The notes under the pieces: model-generated
Told to the model about the DNA's origin: nothing
Databases searched by the model: none
Seen by the model: the letters and a program-made list of their open reading frames with translations, nothing else
Shown: positions 41,922 to 49,543 of the stretch, one piece after another
Layout: each line of letters begins with the position of its first letter
How positions within the stretch are numbered: position 1 is the first letter of the stretch
Assembly (NCBI GenBank): GCA_040755455.1
Contig: JBFMAY010000014.1
Span: forward strand, 23,428 to 87,427
Length of the DNA: 64,000 nt
From: Thermodesulfobacteriota bacterium
Lineage (GTDB): Bacteria > Desulfobacterota > Desulfobulbia > Desulfobulbales > SURF-16
Direction: 5' to 3'
Position numbers and translations under genes: made by a program

Positions 41922-43358
41922 ATGCGTGAAGAAATTGACAATGATGGGACAGCTATGGAGACCATGATGACTTATCCTCAACAGAAGCAACGGAAGGCAA
42001 CCCTGCTGCTGATTGCCGGAGATGACAGTTTTTCCCTGCAGTTACAAAACGATCTGCTCGGCAACGGATTTCTGGTGAGGAAAATAATTCTCGGTGGTGA
42101 AGCTGAGGATTTTCCGGAAATACTGAATGTGGATGCGGTTGTTGTCTGTTCCTCTCAGCCTGATCCATTGGACGGCATCTATCTGCTGGAACGGTTCAGA
42201 TCCCTCGGTCATGAGATGTCCATATTCCTGGTTGCCCGCCATGGCTCGGAAAAAAAGGCGGTTGCCGCGTTGCGCTCCGGCGCCACCGATTATTTTTCCG
42301 GAACGGACGCCAGTGAGGAACTGACCCGCTGTATCAAGCATCATTTACATGATTGCTCCCCCGCTTTTGAGTTATCGGCCCCTGAAAAGAAGAAGGACCA
42401 AAACGGGGAATGCGAACTGGTCGGCAACAGCAGGGAGATTCAGGAACTGCGGGATTATCTGCTGAAAGTGGCCAGCAGTGACAGCATCGTGCTCATTACC
42501 GGTGAAACAGGAACCGGCAAGGAGTTGACGGCGGATTATATCCATGCCCACAGCCGGCGGGGAAATATGCCCCTGATCCGGATCAATTCCTCGGCCATGC
42601 CGGAACAACTGGTGGAAAGCGAGCTTTTCGGCTATGAAAAGGGGGCCTTCACCGGTGCCGTCACTGCCAAGCCGGGGAAATTTGAACAGGCCAACGGCGG
42701 CACGCTTTTTCTTGATGAGATCGGAGAAATGTCGTCCTTTGCCCAGGCCAAGATTCTGCGTATTCTGGAAAGCGGCCGGGTGCACCGGCTGGGCGGCAGC
42801 GTTGCCACGGATATAGATGTGCGGATCATTGCCGCAACCAATCAGAACCTGGAGGAACTGGTGGGGCAGGGGAGGTTCAGAAAGGATCTTTTTTTCCGGT
42901 TGAATGTGGCGCGGGTGCATCTGCCCCCCCTGCGTGAGCGCAGGGAGGATATCCCGGTGCTGCTGTGCAAGTTTGTCAAGGATTTCAATGCCCTGTTTGG
43001 ATTGCAGACCAAAGGATTCAGCGAAAAGGCCTGGTTTTCCCTGCTGAAATATGATTGGCCCGGCAATATCCGCGAGCTGAGAAATGTCCTGGAGGCAACC
43101 TTTATCAACGGCCCGTCCGGCACGATCACCTTCCGTGATCTGCCCAAGCCTTTCCAGCAGATGTTTTACGGGGGGGACTTCCGGCCCAAGAGCGAACGTG
43201 ATCAGGTGCTGTCCGCTCTTTTTGCCGCCAACTGGAACAAAAGCAAGGCTGCCGAGAAACTCAACTGGTCCCGTATGACCCTTTACCGGAAAATGGCCAA
43301 ACATCAGATTGTCCAGCACCGCAGTATCCGCACCCCGTTTCCCGAGGTGCGCCAGTAG
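41922..43358 (+). CDS. sigma54-dependent transcriptional activator (degenerate receiver - AAA+ - Fis HTH)
   Basis: GETGTGKE, ESELFG, GAFTGA, FLDEIG, WPGNIREL, and HTH WNKSKAAEKLNWSRMTLYRKM. Start position uncertain. Confidence 0.92.
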   Translation: MREEIDNDGTAMETMMTYPQQKQRKATLLLIAGDDSFSLQLQNDLLGNGFLVRKIILGGEAEDFPEILNVDAVVVCSSQPDPLDGIYLLERFRSLGHEMSIFLVARHGSEKKAVAALRSGATDYFSGTDASEELTRCIKHHLHDCSPAFELSAPEKKKDQNGECELVGNSREIQELRDYLLKVASSDSIVLITGETGTGKELTADYIHAHSRRGNMPLIRINSSAMPEQLVESELFGYEKGAFTGAVTAKPGKFEQANGGTLFLDEIGEMSSFAQAKILRILESGRVHRLGGSVATDIDVRIIAATNQNLEELVGQGRFRKDLFFRLNVARVHLPPLRERREDIPVLLCKFVKDFNALFGLQTKGFSEKAWFSLLKYDWPGNIRELRNVLEATFINGPSGTITFRDLPKPFQQMFYGGDFRPKSERDQVLSALFAANWNKSKAAEKLNWSRMTLYRKMAKHQIVQHRSIRTPFPEVRQ

Positions 43359-43371
43359 AGAGCCTGATACC

Positions 43372-43405
43372 TGTCACATGCACATGTGACGTCCATCTGT
43401 CACAT
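43372..43405. promoter_or_regulatory. putative activator-binding (enhancer) site
   Basis: GTCACATG-CA-CATGTGAC inverted repeat (43373-43390) plus a third TGTCACAT half-site (43398-43405). Confidence 0.5.
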
Positions 43406-43590
43406 TTTGCCCTGCGTCCGTTAGGCACCAGCCGGAAAGCGGCAATCCCGGCCTGCGCGCCTTTCTTTGCCGTGCAAAGCAGTCCTCTGCCCGTCCGCCT
43501 GTTACAAGTTTGTCGTGAAATATTTTTGCCTGTCATCTATCGTTATGTCTAACATGCTGTTTTATCTCATTTATTTATTTGCCTCTCCAG

Positions 43591-43605
43591 TGGCGCGGAT
43601 TTTGA
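43591..43605 (+). promoter_or_regulatory. putative sigma54 -24/-12 promoter
   Basis: TGGCGCGGATTTTGA: GG-N10-GA, two mismatches to TGGCACG-N4-TTGC (one at the -12 C). Preceded by an AT-rich tract. Confidence 0.5.
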
Positions 43606-43792
43606 TTGACTTAAATCCGGTAAGCATGGAGTTTCCGCTTCATCCGCCCGGAGAATTTCCGTAAGCCGTTGTAAAGAAATAACCGTTTGCATCAGGAACT
43701 GTTAACGGCATTAAGGGGCGTAACGAAAGGTCTGGAGAAGTAATGGTTATTTCGTGACGGCCCCCTAAACTATTAACAAGGGTAAGGCAACC

Positions 43793-44050
43793 GTGAGCAA
43801 GACAATGGAAGGCAGGTACGCGAATTATTTCGATATCGGGCATAACGCCTTTGAGTTTGTTATTGATTGTGGCCAGTATTTTCAGGAAAATAATGATGTC
43901 GTCTGTCATACCCGCATCATAACCAGTCCGGTATATGCAGCGGCCCTGTTGCAAGTCCTGGCCGACGGCTTGAAGAGCTACCGGGAAAAGTACGGAGATA
44001 TCCCGGAAATCGACGAGACCCCGGTAAAGGGCTGGAGTATGCTCTGTTAG
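43793..44050 (+). CDS. DUF3467-domain small protein
   Basis: GRYANYF.IGHN.FEFVIDCGQ...RIITSP...L...Y..KYG pattern; GTG start. Confidence 0.75.
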   Translation: MSKTMEGRYANYFDIGHNAFEFVIDCGQYFQENNDVVCHTRIITSPVYAAALLQVLADGLKSYREKYGDIPEIDETPVKGWSMLC

Positions 44051-44213
44051 CGCTGCCGCGCAGCATCTCCCCAGGTCTCTTCTTGCATTTTTTCAGGCAC
44101 CACCTCCCTGCCCCTTGCCGGCGAGGGATCCTATGAGCTTCCATGGGTTCATTGTCCGCCGGCAGCCGCCAGGCCGGGGAAGTCTCTTTTGATGACAGGA
44201 TGAAAGCGAGAAC

Positions 44214-45602
44214 GTGAAGACCATGACAACTGTTGGAGCTGCAATTTCATGTGCAAAACTCATTATCGCCGCAGGCGGGATCGTGGAAAAGCAAACCCCG
44301 CAGGGGATCAGGATTGCCGTTGTTCTGCGCGACCGCTATGGCGAAGAATGGGCCTTGCCCAAGGGGAAACCGAAAGAGGAAGATAAAAATTCTATTGAAG
44401 CGACGGCCCTGCGGGAAGTCAATGAAGAGACCGGTTGCCGGGCTGTGATCACCGATTTTGCCGGTACCACCTCCTATTATCACGACAGGGCCCCGAAAAC
44501 GGTCTTTTTCTGGAGGATGCTTGCCACGGATGATGGCCGGTTCACTCCCTCAAAAGAGATAAAAAAGCTGGAGTGGCTCACCCCCGGGCAGGCCATGCAC
44601 CGGCTGACCCATCAGGAGGAAAGAAGGCTGGTGGCCGGGGTTTACGATAAAAAGGATGACATTGATATTTACCTGCCCACCTTTGCCCGCTTGGGCAGAA
44701 CCGCCAGCCTGATTTTTACCAGAATAACCGCCATGCACCGCTGGCAAAGATTGTCGGCCACCATTGATGCCTATGCCCTGGAACTCGATTGCCGGGAAGA
44801 TGCTTTGCGCGGCCGGCACACCAGCAGCGTGCCCTGCCTTGCGGAGGCGCGTCAAGCGCTGCGCCGGGCGCGGCAGGTTCTTGATGGCCATGGTGATATC
44901 GACAAGGGCTGGAAGTATCTGTATGCCGCCCAGCGCATGGAGATATTGGCAATGGAGCAGGCTCAGCTCCGGACCAAGGCCATTGTCCTGCTCAATGAAG
45001 CGGAAAAAATGACCGGCTGGCGCAAGGACACGGTGCGCGCTCTGCTGGGCGAGGTGGAGAGCGGGGCTGTGGTCAACGCGGAGAATGTTTTGCAGGCCTC
45101 CCTGATCATTGATGAACATTACATGAACCAGGCCTATAAAGACGGTTTGCTGCGGACCCATATTGTCAATCTGGCCCTGCTCCTGCTCCTGCAGGTCGCT
45201 TTCCTCTCTGTTTATTTCAGTCAAATCAAGGGGGTCTTTTCCTCCACCACGGAACTTGCCTTAACGGATGAATGGATGTTTGCTGCAGTGATGTTTTTCG
45301 GCCTGATGGGCGGGACGGTGAGCGCCATTCTTTCCGCCCCGACCACCACCAAATCCACCAGGGTGCCGGAGATGGCCGGCACCATCCGGGTCACCATGCT
45401 GCGCATTCTCATGGGCATGGTATCGGCCCTGCTCATTGTCATGATTGTCAAATCAGGCATCGGTGCGCAGTTGTTTAATCAGGAGATTTTTGCCAAGCTG
45501 GAAAAAACAAATTATTTCCTGCTGCTTGCGGCATTTGCTGCCGGTTTTTCTGAAAGGCTTGTGCTCCGGTCCATACGGCTTTTTGTTGATAATAAGCCGT
45601 GA
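44214..45602 (+). CDS. NUDIX hydrolase fused to a helical linker and a C-terminal 4-TM membrane domain
   Basis: Nudix box WALPKG...ATALREVNEETG; four hydrophobic helices ending AFAAGFSERLV. Confidence 0.8.
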   Translation: MKTMTTVGAAISCAKLIIAAGGIVEKQTPQGIRIAVVLRDRYGEEWALPKGKPKEEDKNSIEATALREVNEETGCRAVITDFAGTTSYYHDRAPKTVFFWRMLATDDGRFTPSKEIKKLEWLTPGQAMHRLTHQEERRLVAGVYDKKDDIDIYLPTFARLGRTASLIFTRITAMHRWQRLSATIDAYALELDCREDALRGRHTSSVPCLAEARQALRRARQVLDGHGDIDKGWKYLYAAQRMEILAMEQAQLRTKAIVLLNEAEKMTGWRKDTVRALLGEVESGAVVNAENVLQASLIIDEHYMNQAYKDGLLRTHIVNLALLLLLQVAFLSVYFSQIKGVFSSTTELALTDEWMFAAVMFFGLMGGTVSAILSAPTTTKSTRVPEMAGTIRVTMLRILMGMVSALLIVMIVKSGIGAQLFNQEIFAKLEKTNYFLLLAAFAAGFSERLVLRSIRLFVDNKP

Positions 45603-45653
45603 TGGCGCCGGTTGGCCGGTTTTTCAGCAGCGGTAAATGATGATCGGATGAAA

Positions 45654-45758
45654 TTTGATGGCTTCGTAAAAAGTCTCGGCATCGAATTCCCGTGACGATA
45701 AATCAGGCAGTTATCATGCACTGTACGGCTGTCGAGAGGGTTTTACGGGACAGTCAAA
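45654..45758. mobile_element. possible MITE-like non-autonomous element with imperfect terminal inverted repeats
   Basis: TTTGATGGCTTCGTAAAA ... TTTTACGGGACAGTCAAA (13/18 complementary); no ORF inside. Confidence 0.35.
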
Positions 45759-45776
45759 CCATAAAGAGGGAGCCAT

Positions 45777-48050
45777 ATGATGCAGTTAACGAAAAAACAG
45801 CAAGAGGCATCCGGACGGCTTGTGGCCGCTCATGCGGATAACAGAATTTTCTGGAGTGATGATGGCAAGATAGCCAAATTCATCATGGGACGGCTCTCCG
45901 CTCCCTCGGGGGATGCCCCGGATGCCATTGCCCGTGCTTTCATTGCCGGCAACAGGGAGCTTTTTGCCCTGGCAGCGGATGTTGCCGAGCGGCTTGAGGT
46001 GTCATCCGTTGAGCATGACCAACAGGGGCACGCGCATGTCTGCCTGGCCCAGTTCATCAGGGATGTGCCGGTGCACGAAGGTTCCGTGCAGGTGCATATC
46101 GACCGTGACGGGGTGGTGACCGCCTACAAGGACAACCGGCTGGCGGCGGCGGATGTAGATTTTCAGCCGTGCTTCAGCGAGGTCAATGCGGTGCACGCAG
46201 CCATGGCGGACATCGGGGAAGGCCAGGGGGAGAAGTACAAAAGCCGCCTCTGTTTTTACCGGCACAGTGACAAAAAGGTGCATCTGGCCTGGCATGTGGA
46301 GATAGCGGTCCATAATGAGCATGGCGCCCGCCATTATTTTCTCGATGCCCATGACGGCGGGATACTGTACCGTTTTTCCGAAAGCCGGGCCATCATGGAA
46401 CGTAAGACTTACACGGCAAAGAACCAGCAGACCCTGCCCGGCACGCTGGTCATCCGGGATGCGCAGACATCCACCGATGAAGTGGTGCAGGCCGCCCATG
46501 ACAACGCCAAAGAGGTTTATGAGTATTACCAGAAAACCTTTGGCCGCGACAGTTATGACAATCAGGGCTCGCCTCTGGTGGCGACGGTTCATTTCGGTCA
46601 GTCCTACAACAACGCCTACTGGAACAGCTACCGCCGGCAGATGGTCTACGGCGACGGTGACGGCAGGGAGTGGCTGCCGCTGGCCTATGCCCTGGATATC
46701 GTCGGCCATGAATTCACCCATGCCATCACCTCCTGTACCGCCCGCTTTGTCTATGCCGAGGAGTCCGGCGCTCTCGATGAGGCATTCGCCGATTTCTTCG
46801 GGGTGATGATAGCCAATGACGGGGAGATCGTGGACTGGCAGATGGGCGAGGGGGTCTATACCCCGTACCGCAGCGGCGATGCCCTGCGTGACCTGGCAAA
46901 TCCGGCCCGCTTCGGCCTGCCGGACCACATGGACTCTTTCATGCATCTGCGGCCCGATGAGCTGCCTGATGCGGAAAAAAATGACATGGGCTGGCTCCAT
47001 TACAACTGTGGCATTCCCAGCAAGGCGGCCTATCTCACCGTTGCTGGCGGCACCCACCACGGCATCACGGTGCAGGGCATAGGCAGGGACAAGGCGGAGC
47101 AGATCTATTTCCTCGGTCTGACCGAGTATATGCGCAGCGCCACCTTGAGCCGCTGGACCTTCCAGCAGGCCCGTTATGCCGCGCTCAATGCCTGCCGTCA
47201 GCTGTACGGCGACAAGGGCAGGGAATATGCCGCCGTACAGAACGCCTGGGCCGCGGTCGGGGTCGGCGAACCGGCAAGCCAGTTCGGGGTGATCAGCAAG
47301 GAGATCAGCCCGGCGCTTGCCATTCCGGACAACAAACCCCAGGGGGTCGCCAGCGCCATTCATATTGAGGAGCAGGGGCTTCTCAGGGAATTAACGGTTA
47401 TGGTAATGATCCAGCATTCCTATATCAACGACCTGCGGGTGCGGCTGGTGTCCCCCGGCGGCGAGGAGGTTGTCCTTCGCGACCGCAAGGGCGGGGAGGA
47501 GGATGACATCATTGAGGAGTACCGGCTTGACAACACCCCTGATCTGATCAAGTTTGTCGGCGACATGGTGCAGGGAGACTGGCAGCTGATCGTTGCCGAT
47601 CATGCCCGGCTTGATCAGGGGACCCTGGCCAGCTGGGGATTGACCATGGCGGTGGAAAAGCTTGAACAGCAAAGCGTAGCCCGTGAGGTTGGGCCGGAGC
47701 TGGCGATTCCGGACAACAGCCCCCAGGGCGTTGCCAGCACCATCCATGTTGCCGAGGCCGGCGCCATTCTGCACGTTGATGTAACCGTTGCTATCACCCA
47801 TAGCTGGATAGGCGATCTGCAGCTCATCCTCACTGACCCGTCCGGCCGGGCAACGGCGCTGCATGACCGGTCAGGCGCGAGCCGCCGTGACTTGCAGAAA
47901 ACCTACAGCACGCGCACTGACGAAGCTCTGCGCCAGCTGATCGGCGCGGAGCTGCAGGGCGACTGGACGTTAAAGGTTGCTGATCTGGCCGCCGAGGATA
48001 CCGGCATCCTGCATCGCTGGAAAATGGAAATCCTTTACAACAGGCGATAG
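45777..48050 (+). CDS. M4 (thermolysin-family) zinc metallopeptidase with propeptide and two proprotein-convertase P-domains
   Basis: NNAYW, HEFTH, ESGALDE (third zinc ligand), HYNCGIP; two repeats of IPDN.PQG...I.HS.I.DL...GDW.L.V.D. Confidence 0.9.
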   Translation: MMQLTKKQQEASGRLVAAHADNRIFWSDDGKIAKFIMGRLSAPSGDAPDAIARAFIAGNRELFALAADVAERLEVSSVEHDQQGHAHVCLAQFIRDVPVHEGSVQVHIDRDGVVTAYKDNRLAAADVDFQPCFSEVNAVHAAMADIGEGQGEKYKSRLCFYRHSDKKVHLAWHVEIAVHNEHGARHYFLDAHDGGILYRFSESRAIMERKTYTAKNQQTLPGTLVIRDAQTSTDEVVQAAHDNAKEVYEYYQKTFGRDSYDNQGSPLVATVHFGQSYNNAYWNSYRRQMVYGDGDGREWLPLAYALDIVGHEFTHAITSCTARFVYAEESGALDEAFADFFGVMIANDGEIVDWQMGEGVYTPYRSGDALRDLANPARFGLPDHMDSFMHLRPDELPDAEKNDMGWLHYNCGIPSKAAYLTVAGGTHHGITVQGIGRDKAEQIYFLGLTEYMRSATLSRWTFQQARYAALNACRQLYGDKGREYAAVQNAWAAVGVGEPASQFGVISKEISPALAIPDNKPQGVASAIHIEEQGLLRELTVMVMIQHSYINDLRVRLVSPGGEEVVLRDRKGGEEDDIIEEYRLDNTPDLIKFVGDMVQGDWQLIVADHARLDQGTLASWGLTMAVEKLEQQSVAREVGPELAIPDNSPQGVASTIHVAEAGAILHVDVTVAITHSWIGDLQLILTDPSGRATALHDRSGASRRDLQKTYSTRTDEALRQLIGAELQGDWTLKVADLAAEDTGILHRWKMEILYNRR

Positions 48051-48091
48051 TCGGGAAAGACCGCATCCTGTTTTATTGGCGGATTCGCCTG

Positions 48092-48820
48092 TTATTTTGG
48101 CTGCGCAAAGAATTTATCCAGCATCCGCGGGAAGTTGGACAGCGAGGTCAGATGGCTGTAAATCCAGGAGAATTCGCCTCTTCTGAAAAAATCGACAACC
48201 TTGGCATCATCGAGGGCGAGCAGTTTTTCCTCGTTTACCACAAAGAGTCCGGTCAGTCTAAATTTCCTGCTGCCGTCCCTGGTGCCGAATTCGGCCTTCA
48301 TTTCCTGCAGCACCCCGCTTTCCGCCAGACGGGCGATAAAGGAATTGGTATGCTGCATCTGGACATGATAATCCTGGATAAGCTGTACCGCTTTTTCCAG
48401 CACCGGCGCCGGAGTGCCGTCTTCATTGAAGATGGGGGCGCCGTTTTCCGCATCAATGCCCTTGTAGGCGGCATCGATGCAGATGTTCAGTTTGCCCTCC
48501 TCATTGGTGGTTGACGGCACGAAGGGATAGCGTCGGACATAGGCGGGAATATAATAGGCGTTCCAGCCGCCTTCCTTGGAGACAAAGAGGTTCTGATTAT
48601 TCTGCAGCCCTAAGATGATGGTGGGGAGGTATGCGCCCTGGTTGTTTTTGATAAAGGCAATGGGGTATTCCTTGGCCGCCTCGATGAACTCCACGCCGGC
48701 AATGGGGATGGAATTGGCGGAGGCGGCAAAGGAAAAATCAGTCACCGGCGCAAGTCTGATATTTTTATGTTTTTTGATGTCGAGAACAACAATTTTCTCA
48801 TAAATGAGCATCTGGACCAT
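48092..48820 (-). CDS. SapC family protein
   Basis: EF..AAKEYPIAF, LGL..NQNLFV, YIPAYVRRYPF, Y.HL.SL.N. Start at ATG 48820. Confidence 0.85.
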   Translation of the reverse strand: MVQMLIYEKIVVLDIKKHKNIRLAPVTDFSFAASANSIPIAGVEFIEAAKEYPIAFIKNNQGAYLPTIILGLQNNQNLFVSKEGGWNAYYIPAYVRRYPFVPSTTNEEGKLNICIDAAYKGIDAENGAPIFNEDGTPAPVLEKAVQLIQDYHVQMQHTNSFIARLAESGVLQEMKAEFGTRDGSRKFRLTGLFVVNEEKLLALDDAKVVDFFRRGEFSWIYSHLTSLSNFPRMLDKFFAQPK

Positions 48821-48898
48821 TTCCGTCTCCTGAAAAATCAAAAAATTCGGCTGCGAAAAAATAGTTTTCACAGCCGTGTCGTCACTCAGCCTGAACTG

Positions 48899-49213
48899 TT
48901 ATTTGGCCAGGGATTGGATGTACAGTTTGAGCGACTGCATGGCCACGGTATCTGCGCTGATACCTTCACCCTCCAAGGGGCCGATGATGCACTTGTTGAT
49001 CATGGCCGCCAGATCGGCCTTGCACCCCGCCTTTTCCAGACCTTTGCCGTTCTCATGACAGGAATTGCAGCTTTTGTCGTTTTTTGAGGCCCCGAGCCCC
49101 GGATCATTGAAAAGGGTGCGGCCGAGGTCCACCGAGGCCTCTTCGGCCTGGACCGGCAGCGTAAAAAGCACCATAGCACAGGAAGCGGCGAGGAAAGAAG
49201 CTATTTTTTTCAT
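48899..49213 (-). CDS. periplasmic monoheme c-type cytochrome
   Basis: Signal peptide (VQA), G..LFNDP, CNSCH heme motif; AAGGAG RBS and ATG 49213. Confidence 0.85.
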   Translation of the reverse strand: MKKIASFLAASCAMVLFTLPVQAEEASVDLGRTLFNDPGLGASKNDKSCNSCHENGKGLEKAGCKADLAAMINKCIIGPLEGEGISADTVAMQSLKLYIQSLAK

Positions 49214-49543
49214 TTTTGACTCCTTGGTTAAGTGGTGAAGAAGATATTCCCTCTTGAGATGAAATGTGTTGGCAACAGGACAGGTTTGCGGCAATCTCAA
49301 GGTCAAGCCGGCGGTAGGCTGCTGCCTGCCTGAGTTGCTGCATTGATTATTATGATATAACAAAAAGAAAAGGCAAAGTCATTTTTTGGATGGGAATTCA
49401 GGGAAATCTGTCCTGCGCTGAAGATTCACCAGGATGCCAACCGGGTTTCCCGGACTGCCCGTGGAAAAGTTTCTCTTATAAAGAAGTTGAAATTAAAAGA
49501 AATATTCCCTAAAGTGATTTTATCAATGAACAAGTGTAGTTGA

